Shown: positions 44,759-53,984, numbered from the stretch's first letter. The stretch is DNA of 64,000 nt from an uncultured Bacteroidales bacterium (GCA_947593515.1 CANQDQ010000010.1:73-64072), one strand, 5' to 3'. The notes: generated from the letters alone by a model not told the origin. Numbers and translations: made by a program.

Positions 44759-47383
44759 ATGAATCTTTTGCTTGCCTTAATTGTATGTGCTGTTGCTATT
44801 TATATTGCAATTGTAGCTACAATCCGAAACCGTCTTAAAGTTAAGGCAAACGAGTTATCGGAACAAATAAAAAGGATTCCTTCATACAGCGATAAATTCA
44901 ATTATGAGCAAACAGAAAAGAGATTGTCTGCTCTTAATGAAAAAGGATTCATCGATATTTCCACAGATCTAAACAACAATTTTTCCGGCAAGATAATCTC
45001 TGCAACGCAAAAAAAGGATTTTATTAATCACTATACGCCATATTTTCAAGAAGTCTATTCTCTTTTTGAAAAACTTGAAACTTTTAAGATAACACCCTCT
45101 GAAACTATATCCAAATTCATCAATGATTTTGAGGCTATCAATCGACTTGTAAAACAGCATAATGACAGTGTCATCGCCTTTTTGCTCGATACGCATAAAG
45201 ACTTTTTCGACCATTGTCTAAAATATCCATTAGACAAGCAACAAAGACGTTCAATTATTTCAGAAGAAGACAATTGCTTGGTGGTCAGCAGTGCCGGTAG
45301 CGGAAAGACATCGTCTATCGTTGGGAAAGTCAAATATCTAACTGAAATTAAAGGTGTTGCGCCTCATAGGATTTTACTCATTAGTTACACGAATAAAGCA
45401 GCCGCCGAACTCACAGAGAGAATAGCGACTGAGGGGTTGAAAGGTTATACATTTCATAAATTAGCTATTGATATTATCGGAAAAGCAACCGGTACCAAAC
45501 CATCTATTTGCGATAATACAGATGCTTTATTCATAGATATTTATCATAATCTATTAAAAAAATCGGCTTTCAAAAAAAGCGTTATAGAATATTTCAAGAA
45601 TTACCAAACAAGCAAAACCGATTGGGAGCAGCGCAAAGATGAAAGAAGAGAAATGTTGTCGGAACAAAAAAACGTACAACTAAAAGCCTTATTTCCCGAT
45701 ATGGACGGTAAAGCCATATATGTGAGAAGCGTGCAAGAGTATAAGATATGCTTCATATTATCATCACTTGGGATAAAATTCAGATATGAAGAACCATACG
45801 AATATCCGTTAGCTGATGAAATGCATTCACAATATCGTCCCGATTTTTCAATATATTTTGAGCAGGAAGGAGTAACAAAGCGTATCTACTTAGAACACTT
45901 TGGCGTTGATGAGCACGGTCTCGTTCCCGCATGGTTTGCAAAGGATAAAAATATCACATACGAAGAAGCCAATCAAAAATATAATGATGGCATAACTTGG
46001 AAGAAAGTAGCTCACAAAAAATTTGGCACCCAACTTCTGGTAACTTCGAGTGCCGATTTTCTCTGTTCTGATTCCGATATAAGCGATAAACTCCGAAAAT
46101 TATTAGATAATGCAGGAGTGCCTATTCACGAAAAAACAAATGAAGAATTATATGATTTGGTTTTACCCGAAGACAGCAAACAAGAAAAAGCATTTATTCG
46201 GCTTGTAGCTACTTTCGTTACATTAATAAAATCAAGCTGCAAATCCGTTATAGAAGTTTTAAGAAAAGCAGAAACTGTTCATGATGAACGAAGTGTTTTT
46301 ATTATAATGAATATCTTTCAACCCGTTTATGACTGTTATATACAAGCATTAAAGATACGTAAGCAAATAGATTTCACCGATGCGATTCTTCAAGCTACCG
46401 ATATATGCCGTACTTTGCACCCTGTCGAGTATGACTATATCATTGTAGATGAATTTCAAGATATATCGATTGACCGGTACAACTTTTTGAAAGTATTGAG
46501 AGAAGGAAATCCTCCTACAAAATTATATTGTGTCGGCGATGATTGGCAATCCATATATCGCTTTTCCGGAAGCGATATGTCTCTTTTTAATCAATTTCCC
46601 GAATACTTCGGTGCAACAGAAATAAATAAGATTGAAACTACATACCGATTCGGAGAGCCTTTGGTATCTCTATCTTCCCATTTTATCCAACGCAATAAAG
46701 CCCAAATACAAAAGAATATCCGCTCTTTTAGCCCTGAGATGAAAACCGAATTGGAGTTTTATCCTTATGTCCGAAGTGATTATTGCAACACAATAGGAGA
46801 ATTAGTATCTTCTATCCCACCGAATAAATCCATATTTCTATTAGGTCGTTATTCTTTTGACGATTATTACCTCTCCTTTATGTATCAATCCATTAAAGAG
46901 GGAGATAAATTCTACTATATGATAGGAGGACGAAAAATAGAATTCTTGACCGTACACAAATCAAAAGGTCTCGAAGCAGATTATGTAATACTTTTGCAAT
47001 GCAATAAAGATATATACGGTTTTCCGTCCCTTATAAGCGACGACCCTGTACTTAATTACGTACTCACTAAAAGCGACCAGTTCCCATACGGAGAAGAACG
47101 AAGATTGTTTTATGTTGCCCTCACAAGAGCAAAGATAAAAACAATAGTGCTTTACGACAGCCGTTTTCCGTCTGTCTTTGTCGATGAGTTTTTACACCCC
47201 GAAAAAACGTCGGAAGAAAGTTATGCAAAACACAAAAATGCCAATAAGCGATGGACTCGCAATGAAGACAAATTCTTATTAGAACTATACAAAGAGGGCA
47301 AGAGTATCAAATATATTGCATCGAAAATGGGGCGTAGTCAAACATCTATCGTGATGCATTTGGGAAAATTAAATGCCGATTAA
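44759..47383 (+). CDS. Membrane-anchored SF1 helicase (UvrD / helicase IV-like) with PD-(D/E)xK-like insert and C-terminal Myb/SANT-like HTH
   Basis: 874 aa. TM helix aa 3-23. Walker A SSAGSGKTSS (aa 177-186), motif II IIVDEFQD (aa 561-568), motif III CVGDDWQSIYRFSG, motif V/VI TVHKSKGLEADYVIL and RRLFYVALTRAK. Insert aa ~318-385 reads SVQEYKI..L..LGIKFRYEEPY....YRPDFSIYF....RIYLEHFG. C-terminus reads KRWTRNEDKFLLELYKEGKSIKYIASKMGRSQTSIVMHLGKL. Confidence 0.85.
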   Translation: MNLLLALIVCAVAIYIAIVATIRNRLKVKANELSEQIKRIPSYSDKFNYEQTEKRLSALNEKGFIDISTDLNNNFSGKIISATQKKDFINHYTPYFQEVYSLFEKLETFKITPSETISKFINDFEAINRLVKQHNDSVIAFLLDTHKDFFDHCLKYPLDKQQRRSIISEEDNCLVVSSAGSGKTSSIVGKVKYLTEIKGVAPHRILLISYTNKAAAELTERIATEGLKGYTFHKLAIDIIGKATGTKPSICDNTDALFIDIYHNLLKKSAFKKSVIEYFKNYQTSKTDWEQRKDERREMLSEQKNVQLKALFPDMDGKAIYVRSVQEYKICFILSSLGIKFRYEEPYEYPLADEMHSQYRPDFSIYFEQEGVTKRIYLEHFGVDEHGLVPAWFAKDKNITYEEANQKYNDGITWKKVAHKKFGTQLLVTSSADFLCSDSDISDKLRKLLDNAGVPIHEKTNEELYDLVLPEDSKQEKAFIRLVATFVTLIKSSCKSVIEVLRKAETVHDERSVFIIMNIFQPVYDCYIQALKIRKQIDFTDAILQATDICRTLHPVEYDYIIVDEFQDISIDRYNFLKVLREGNPPTKLYCVGDDWQSIYRFSGSDMSLFNQFPEYFGATEINKIETTYRFGEPLVSLSSHFIQRNKAQIQKNIRSFSPEMKTELEFYPYVRSDYCNTIGELVSSIPPNKSIFLLGRYSFDDYYLSFMYQSIKEGDKFYYMIGGRKIEFLTVHKSKGLEADYVILLQCNKDIYGFPSLISDDPVLNYVLTKSDQFPYGEERRLFYVALTRAKIKTIVLYDSRFPSVFVDEFLHPEKTSEESYAKHKNANKRWTRNEDKFLLELYKEGKSIKYIASKMGRSQTSIVMHLGKLNAD

Positions 47384-47385
47384 AT

Positions 47386-47416
47386 GAAAAAGCGGCGGAG
47401 GGGTCCGTCGCTTTTT
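47386..47416. terminator. Bidirectional terminator between the helicase and the GH57 gene
   Basis: AAAAAGCGGCGG-aggggt-CCGTCGCTTTTT, flanked by A5 and T5. Confidence 0.65.
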
Positions 47417-47435
47417 CGTTTCTATTTCGCAAGGA

Positions 47436-48866
47436 TTATTTCTTTTGAGCGGTTTTTGCCGGTTTCGGTTTAGCAGCAGCTTTGGGGGCAGCAGGCTTGG
47501 CTGCGGATTTGGCGGGAGCCGGTTTGGCAACCTTTGCTTTCGGCGCTTTCTTTTCGCCCGACTTTTTCTGCGCAACCTCTTCTTTGGCTATTTTCAACGA
47601 TTTTTTCAGCACCTCTATTTCCGATGCCTGATTTCGTATCGTGGTAATCAGCGAGTTCAATTCCTCGTTTTCGATGGAATCGGGATACTGCTCTTTCACC
47701 CGCACGATGAAGTCGCTCAACACATTCATATAATTGGTGAATGCCTCGTAAGCGGAATCGTAGGGGCTGTAATGGCTGTGTATCGCGCCGTCGGCGAGGT
47801 ACTTGGTGCACATATAATAGAAGTGGTCGCTGGCTTGCAGGTAGAGCCAGTCCTGTTTGAGTCGGCGGTCGTCGCAGAGGCGCACCCGTTCGGCAACGGA
47901 ATAGAGTTTGTCGAACGCCTCGTTCTGCAACAAGTTACCCAGCCATGCACTGGTATCGCGCTCCTCGTCCGCCCACGAAATGGGGTGAATGACCGAAAGC
48001 GTATCCACCGGTTTGAGTTTGGTAATGATCTCTGTCGGCGTGGAGAACGTGATGCCCATTTGTTCGGCAAAATAGGGCAGAGCTTTCATAAACTCGAATA
48101 TGCCGCTCTCGCGCGGTTGCAATTCGCCGAGCGTGTCGTAAGTCATAAAGAGGTTCACCACCTGCTCCGTTTCCGACAGGGAATTTATCCAGCCCATGAA
48201 TTTGTCGGCGGTGAGGGGATATTCGCTCCACTCGTAATTGGAGAAGCGGAAAGTAATGTCGTCGCTGAGTTTGTAGTTTTTCAACAGCAGTTTGAGTTTG
48301 GGCACGGCGGCAGAGCTATACAGGTAGTTCGGACTCTTCCACCCGAGAATGTGTTTGGCGCCTTCGGTAATGCAGCCTTTGAAACCCATGTCGGCAATCA
48401 TACAAGCGATTTCGTCGTTGTATATCAACTCCGTGTTGCGGAACACTTTGGGGCGCTGTCCGAAAAGCTGTTCGATTTTGTCGTCATGCTCTTTCACCTG
48501 CAAGGCAAACTCTTCGGGGTCGCGAAGCGATGCCAGCGAGTGGGCATACGTTTCGGAAAGGAACTCCACGCAGCCGGTCTTTGCCAACTCTTTCATCGAG
48601 TCGATGAACTCCGGCACATAGATTTCCAACTGTTCGAGAGCGACGCCCGAAATGGAGAACGCCACTTTGAATTTCCCGTTGGAATTTTTTATCATCTCCA
48701 ACAACGTCTGATTGGCAGGGAGATACGACCGTTGTGCAATACGGGTTATAATCTCGTCGTTGTTGAAATCATCGTAATAATAATGGTCGTTGCCTATATC
48801 GAAGAAACGATAGCGTTTGAGGCGGAACGGCTGATGAATCTGAAAGTAGAAACAGATGGTTTTCAT
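47436..48866 (-). CDS. Glycoside hydrolase family 57 (alpha-amylase/branching-like) with Lys/Ala/Pro-rich C-terminal tail
   Basis: 476 aa. The N-terminus MKTICFYFQIHQPFRLKRY is typical of GH57. The last ~50 aa are a KAPK/AKPA repeat tail. Confidence 0.9.
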   Translation of the reverse strand: MKTICFYFQIHQPFRLKRYRFFDIGNDHYYYDDFNNDEIITRIAQRSYLPANQTLLEMIKNSNGKFKVAFSISGVALEQLEIYVPEFIDSMKELAKTGCVEFLSETYAHSLASLRDPEEFALQVKEHDDKIEQLFGQRPKVFRNTELIYNDEIACMIADMGFKGCITEGAKHILGWKSPNYLYSSAAVPKLKLLLKNYKLSDDITFRFSNYEWSEYPLTADKFMGWINSLSETEQVVNLFMTYDTLGELQPRESGIFEFMKALPYFAEQMGITFSTPTEIITKLKPVDTLSVIHPISWADEERDTSAWLGNLLQNEAFDKLYSVAERVRLCDDRRLKQDWLYLQASDHFYYMCTKYLADGAIHSHYSPYDSAYEAFTNYMNVLSDFIVRVKEQYPDSIENEELNSLITTIRNQASEIEVLKKSLKIAKEEVAQKKSGEKKAPKAKVAKPAPAKSAAKPAAPKAAAKPKPAKTAQKK

Positions 48867-48899
48867 ATACTTGTTATTTGTTTTTCAAGGAATAAATTT

Positions 48900-50162
48900 T
48901 TATCGTTGCATCACTTTCCGGTAAATGTCGATGACCTTTTTGCCGGCATACACCCATTTTATTTCATCGACTTCCCGCTTGCCTTCGGTTTTCAACTGTT
49001 CGTACATGGCGGGATAGGTGATAATCGAATAAATGGCATCTGCCATGGCGTCGATGTCCCAATAGTCGATTTTGATGACGTTGTTGAGAATTTCGGCACA
49101 GCCCGACTGTTTGGAGATAATCGAGGGCACGCCCACCTGCATGGCTTCGAGGGGCGAGATGCCGAACGGCTCGGAAACCGACGGCATGATATACACGTCG
49201 CTGGCTTTCAGCATTTCATAGACCTGTTTTCCGCGAAGGAATCCCGTGAAATGGAAATGGTCTGAAATTTTGCGCTGCGCCGCAAGGCGTATCATCTTGT
49301 CCATCATATCGCCGCTGCCCGCCATGACGAAGCGCACGTTGTCGGTCTTGCGCAACACCTGAGCGGCAGCCTCCACGAAGTATTCGGGACCTTTCTGCAT
49401 CGTGATGCGACCCAAGAAAGTAACCACTTTTTCTTTCGGGTTGCGCGGCATCTGTATCGACAGGATTTCCTGACTGAGCGGCTCTACGGCATTGTGTACG
49501 GTGGTAACCTTAGCCGGGTCGATGCCGTATTTCTCGATGACGGTGCGACGCGTCAGGTTGCTGACGGTGATGATGTGGTCGGCCCAGTTCATACCGTCTT
49601 TTTCGATGGCGAATACCGTCGGGTTCACATTGCCGCGGCTGCGGTCGAAGTCGGTGGCGTGCACGTGAATGACGAGCGGCTTGCCCGTTACCTGCTTGGC
49701 ATGAATGCCGGCAGGATAGGTGAGCCAGTCGTGCGAGTGAATGACGTCGCAGTCGTAGGTGCGGGCTATCACGCCTGCCACAATCGAATAGTTGTTTATC
49801 TCTTCGAGCAGGTTGTCGGGGTAGCGCCCCGAGAACTCGATACAGCCCAAATCGTTGGTGTGCATATAATTGAAATCGGCGTAGATATGGTCGCGCAGGT
49901 TATAGTATTCCTGCGGGTCCATGCAATAGCCGAGCCGCTGGGAAACATAATCCCACGACACGTCGCGCCAAACGACGGGCGTATTGCCCGCGCCGATGAT
50001 GTGCGCGAAACTTTTGTCTTCATCTCCGAAGGGTTTGGGAATGACAAAAGTTATATCCATATCGCCGCACTCGGCCATACCTTTCGTCAGACCGTAGCTC
50101 GCCGTTCCCAAGCCTCCGAGAATATGCGGGGGGAACTCCCACCCGAACATGAGTGCTTTCAT
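48900..50162 (-). CDS. GT4-family glycosyltransferase (glycogen synthase-like)
   Basis: 420 aa. MKALMFGWEFPPHILGGLGTA N-terminus and the GT-B C-terminal E-x7-E region (PSVSEPFGISPLEAM). Confidence 0.85.
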   Translation of the reverse strand: MKALMFGWEFPPHILGGLGTASYGLTKGMAECGDMDITFVIPKPFGDEDKSFAHIIGAGNTPVVWRDVSWDYVSQRLGYCMDPQEYYNLRDHIYADFNYMHTNDLGCIEFSGRYPDNLLEEINNYSIVAGVIARTYDCDVIHSHDWLTYPAGIHAKQVTGKPLVIHVHATDFDRSRGNVNPTVFAIEKDGMNWADHIITVSNLTRRTVIEKYGIDPAKVTTVHNAVEPLSQEILSIQMPRNPKEKVVTFLGRITMQKGPEYFVEAAAQVLRKTDNVRFVMAGSGDMMDKMIRLAAQRKISDHFHFTGFLRGKQVYEMLKASDVYIMPSVSEPFGISPLEAMQVGVPSIISKQSGCAEILNNVIKIDYWDIDAMADAIYSIITYPAMYEQLKTEGKREVDEIKWVYAGKKVIDIYRKVMQR

Positions 50163-50186
50163 GTGTATATGATTAAAATCGGTTTA

Positions 50187-52136
50187 TTATATGTGATCGT
50201 ATTTTTTCAACAAACTCAAAACGCGCAATATCTCGCCCACGTTGGCAGCGAAGCTGATGGCGCCGCGACCGGTGAAAGGCGGGTTGCCGTCGAACAGCTC
50301 CGAAATGGAGCCGATACAGTTGTTCGACATCTCCTCCTCGAAGCCGATAAGCATACGCTCGAGGAACGAAACGCCACTGAGCCCGAACAGCCGGAGATAG
50401 GCATCGGCATAAGCGCCCATGAGCCACGGACGTGCCGGCCCCTGATAATAGGCATACGCCCGCTGCTCCTCGTTGCCCAGATACGTCGGCGAATAGCCGT
50501 GGCTTTTCGGGCTGAGGGTGCGGATTCCTTTCGGGGTGAGCAGTTCGCGCGTAACGACATCGAGCGCTTTTTTGCGCTCCGACTTGTCGAGCGGAGAATA
50601 ATCGAGCGAAAGGGCGAACAGCATATTCGGACGGACGCTCCAATCGGCATAATTCGTATCGACGTAGTCGAACAGATAGCCGTAATCGTTGAGGAACATC
50701 TCTTTGAACGAAACGGCAGTCGTATCGGCAAGCGTCGTCAGCCGGTCGGCAATGGCAGCCGTTTCGGGCGTGATAAACACGTGTTCGACAGCGAAGCGCA
50801 GCGCGTTATACCAAAGAGCGTTAAACTCTACCAAATAGCCGCTGCGCGGAATAATCGGGCGTTTCTCCCAGTTTTCGGCATCGATCCACGACACGACGGT
50901 TTCGCGGCCGTTGGTGTAGAGCAAGCCGTTGTCGTGCAGGAACAAGTTGGGTATTTTCGATTTGGAGATGCTGTCGATGATGAGCGAAATCAATTCGCCG
51001 TACCGTTTGCGACACTCCTCTATCGAGACCATCTTGGCATACTGCTGCAATGCCCATACGACCCACAGCAGCACATCGGGCTTGTCTATTTCCTTGATTA
51101 CCGCATCGCGCTCGCCTTTGAGAATCCATTTTTCCAGCGCCTTCGATGCCGTAGCCATCATTTCGTGGAACATCGGCACGTCATCGACCGCCAGCGTACA
51201 GCCCGGCAGGGCGATGAACATATCGCGGGCGCGGACGCCGAACCACGGATAACCCGCCAGCAGATAATTGTCTTTGTCGCGTTTGTAATAGAATTGCTGC
51301 GCCGAGTTTTTCAAGCAGTTGTAGAAGCTCGTGCGGTAAGTGCGCACACTCAACTCCTTGTTGTAAAGAGCCGTCAGCGAGCGCGATTTCACTTCGCTCA
51401 CACCTGCCGAGAAAATAATGCTTTCGCCTTTCTTGATAGGCACCTCGAAATAACCCGGCACGTAGAGGTCTTCCTTGTAATCATATCCCCGTTCTTGGTC
51501 TTTGACATATTCGATGCCTTTGTACCAGTTGGGCTGGAACACGAATTCCGCCGCTTTGTTGAACTGCATATACAGCGTCGGATAGCCGGCATACAGGCAG
51601 CAGCTGATACCGTTTTCCACCACATCGTAGTGGCGGTTGAGGTTTCCGTTTTCCACGCACAGGGAGTTGGCGTTGCGGAAAGCGAGGAACGGGCGGAATT
51701 GCAGCTTCGTTTCGGAGTGGGCGTCGAGCAGGGTATATCGGATAAGTATGCGGTTTTCGTGCGAAATGAAAACTTTTTCCTTGCTCAAAATCACACCACC
51801 CACCCGATAGGTACACTTCGGCACCGACTCGCAGGTAAACTCCCGAATGTACTTATGACCATTCGGGCTGAAACAATCGCCTTGGTATTTGTGCAACCCC
51901 AAATTAAACGGTGCGCCATGCTGTATCACCGTTTCGTCGAGCGACGAAAGCAAGACATGATTTTCATCGTCCATTTCGGGAATGGGTATTACCAACAGAC
52001 CGTGTTGTTTACGGGTATTGCACCCCACAATCGTCGTACAATGGTAAGCACCCGACTTGTTGGTACGCAACATCTCTTTCGGCAGAGATTGTTCGAGATT
52101 TATCATCAAATCTTTATCAAACTTCAAGTAGCTCAT
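50187..52136 (-). CDS. Glycogen debranching enzyme (GDE_N plus amylo-alpha-1,6-glucosidase domain)
   Basis: 649 aa. The N-terminal GDE_N pattern (...EMLRTNKSGAYHCTTIVGCNTRKQHGLLV) and a C-terminal (alpha/alpha)6 domain. Confidence 0.9.
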   Translation of the reverse strand: MSYLKFDKDLMINLEQSLPKEMLRTNKSGAYHCTTIVGCNTRKQHGLLVIPIPEMDDENHVLLSSLDETVIQHGAPFNLGLHKYQGDCFSPNGHKYIREFTCESVPKCTYRVGGVILSKEKVFISHENRILIRYTLLDAHSETKLQFRPFLAFRNANSLCVENGNLNRHYDVVENGISCCLYAGYPTLYMQFNKAAEFVFQPNWYKGIEYVKDQERGYDYKEDLYVPGYFEVPIKKGESIIFSAGVSEVKSRSLTALYNKELSVRTYRTSFYNCLKNSAQQFYYKRDKDNYLLAGYPWFGVRARDMFIALPGCTLAVDDVPMFHEMMATASKALEKWILKGERDAVIKEIDKPDVLLWVVWALQQYAKMVSIEECRKRYGELISLIIDSISKSKIPNLFLHDNGLLYTNGRETVVSWIDAENWEKRPIIPRSGYLVEFNALWYNALRFAVEHVFITPETAAIADRLTTLADTTAVSFKEMFLNDYGYLFDYVDTNYADWSVRPNMLFALSLDYSPLDKSERKKALDVVTRELLTPKGIRTLSPKSHGYSPTYLGNEEQRAYAYYQGPARPWLMGAYADAYLRLFGLSGVSFLERMLIGFEEEMSNNCIGSISELFDGNPPFTGRGAISFAANVGEILRVLSLLKKYDHI

Positions 52137-52340
52137 ATCTTTATCAATATTTTTTGAGGTCTTTGTCGTTTCTTAATTTTTAACTGCCGAATATAGAAAT
52201 TTTCTTGTAACATTCCAAATTTTTCGGCAAAAATTTCTTACAAAACCTTGTTTTTTCAAAAAACGTCGCCTTTTTCCGACATTTTTCCAGAAAACAGCCA
52301 GCGGATAATTTTTTTGAAAGTCATATCCCCAATTATAAAA

Positions 52341-52372
52341 CAAAAACGCACGCAACAAGTTGCGTGCGTTTA
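52341..52372 (-). terminator. Terminator after the MarC-family gene
   Basis: ACGCACGCA-ACAAGT-TGCGTGCGT, a perfect 9-bp stem flanked by A and T runs. Confidence 0.6.
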
Positions 52373-52391
52373 TAATATGCTTATTTTCAAA

Positions 52392-52994
52392 TTATTGGAA
52401 TTTTCTCAACAATTCCGAGATGTTGCTCACGAACATACGCACGGAAATCGCCAGCAGAATGATGCCGAAAAATTTGCGCAGCACATACACGAACGCCTTG
52501 CCACAAATGCGCTCCACTACGGCGGAATAACGCAACACGAAATAGACGATAATGATGTTCAGCACCAAAGCGATAAGAATATTCGGCAGGCTGTACAGCG
52601 CCCGCAGCGAAAGCAATGCCGTGAACGACCCCGCCCCCGCAATCAACGGGAAAACGATGGGCACCAGCGTCGCCGAGCCTTCGGGTCCGTCGTTCCGGAA
52701 AATCTGTATGCCGAAAATCATTTCGATAGCCATCACGAAAATAACCAATGCACCGGCTACGGCAAACGACGAAATGTCGACTTGGAACAACTGCAAAATA
52801 AAATCGCCGACAAATAAAAACGCAATAAACGTCGCCAATGAAAACAATGCGGCTTTCGGCGCCGAAATTTTCATGCCGCGATCTTGGTAATCGATAAACA
52901 CGGGCAGAAGTCCGGTAACATCTATTACCGCGAACAGCACGACGAACGCGCTGATTGTTTCCTGCAAATCGAAATAAAAATCCATTCCGTTCAT
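52392..52994 (-). CDS. MarC-family (UPF0056) integral membrane protein
   Basis: Start at ATG 52994 (MNGMDFYFDLQETISAFVVLFAVIDVTG). About 200 aa with six TM segments. Confidence 0.8.
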   Translation of the reverse strand: MNGMDFYFDLQETISAFVVLFAVIDVTGLLPVFIDYQDRGMKISAPKAALFSLATFIAFLFVGDFILQLFQVDISSFAVAGALVIFVMAIEMIFGIQIFRNDGPEGSATLVPIVFPLIAGAGSFTALLSLRALYSLPNILIALVLNIIIVYFVLRYSAVVERICGKAFVYVLRKFFGIILLAISVRMFVSNISELLRKFQ

Positions 52995-53195
52995 ATCATC
53001 AGGTTTAAGGTTAAATTGTACGAACAAAGATAGTAAAAAAACGAAAAAGGAAAACACAAAAAACGTTATCGGAACAAATTTTTCACTGTTCGTTTTTCCG
53101 TTATACATTAACAAAAAAAGAGCCGGAAATAGATTTTTTCAAAAACAATTAAATTGATTTTATGTTTATTGTTTAGAGATTTGGATAATTCTTCT

Positions 53196-53203
53196 TATTT
53201 TTG
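53196..53203 (+). promoter_or_regulatory. -7 promoter box TATTTTTG
   Basis: Consensus match 21 nt upstream of ATG 53224. Confidence 0.4.
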
Positions 53204-53223
53204 AGTTGTTAAAAACAAACGAT

Positions 53224-53913
53224 ATGGACAGTATGTACGATATTTTATTACAGCTTCCTCTTTTTCAGGGAGTAAGCAGAGAAAAAATGTCCGGAATCAT
53301 CGAGAAAACACGTTTCCATTTCTTAAAATATCCGGACAATGAAATCATCGTCCGGCGGGGCGAGGAGTGTACGCACCTGAAATTCATCGTATCGGGGAGC
53401 GTCCGTTCCGAAATGGTGAACAAAAGCGGAAAGATACGGGTATCGGAAACGCTGCACGCTCCCGACGTCTTGTTTCCCAACCACTTTTTCGGCAAAAACA
53501 CCTCTTACCCGAGCGAAATTCGGGCAAAAGGCGACTGCGGCATCATGCAACTCGACAAACAGTCGTTCATCGGACTTTTGCAACAGGAGTCCATTATCGT
53601 CATCAACCTGCTGAACATTCTTTCCCGCCGGTCGCAGAAAAGCATCGAATCGTTTCTCTCCCTGTCGTCGGGCAACATCAAGGAGCGGCTGGCGTTCTGG
53701 ATTCTGAGTTTTACCCAGCGCAACGCCACCGATATACAGATACTCTGCAAACAAAAAGACTTATACACGTTCTTCGGCGTACAGCGCTCCATTTTCATGA
53801 ACGCGCTCACCGAATTGCAGGACGACGGCATCATCGCCTTTTCGGCACAGGGCATCACCCTGCTCGACCGACAAAAACTGCACGATATTCTCGCCGGCGA
53901 AATCGACGAATAG
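53224..53913 (+). CDS. Crp/Fnr-family transcriptional regulator
   Basis: ATG 53224 (the track start is TTG). cNMP-binding-like beta-roll (LFQGVS...GEECTHLKFIVSGSVR) and a C-terminal HTH (QKDLYTFFGVQRSIFMNALTELQDDGII). Confidence 0.85.
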   Translation: MDSMYDILLQLPLFQGVSREKMSGIIEKTRFHFLKYPDNEIIVRRGEECTHLKFIVSGSVRSEMVNKSGKIRVSETLHAPDVLFPNHFFGKNTSYPSEIRAKGDCGIMQLDKQSFIGLLQQESIIVINLLNILSRRSQKSIESFLSLSSGNIKERLAFWILSFTQRNATDIQILCKQKDLYTFFGVQRSIFMNALTELQDDGIIAFSAQGITLLDRQKLHDILAGEIDE

Positions 53914-53933
53914 CCGACACATCGGACACATAT

Positions 53934-53966
53934 AAAAAAAGCCTTGCGTTCTTCGCAAGGCTTTTT
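53934..53966. terminator. Bidirectional terminator between convergent genes
   Basis: AAAAAAA-GCCTTGCG-TTCTT-CGCAAGGC-TTTTT. Confidence 0.7.
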
Positions 53967-53984
53967 GCTTTTATACAGGAAACG

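Noticed and set aside
45190-45225. ctttttcgacc...ttgtctaa inside the helicase gene, resembling the TTAAAC-N17-GTCTAAT motif
   Set aside because: The -35-like element reads AAAG rather than AAAC, it lies deep inside a CDS, and it is most likely a chance match in AT-rich DNA.
47445-52157. 606-aa and 887-aa + strand ORFs across the glycogen cluster
   Set aside because: They are antisense to the GH57, GT4 and debranching-enzyme genes, and the translations lack any family signature.
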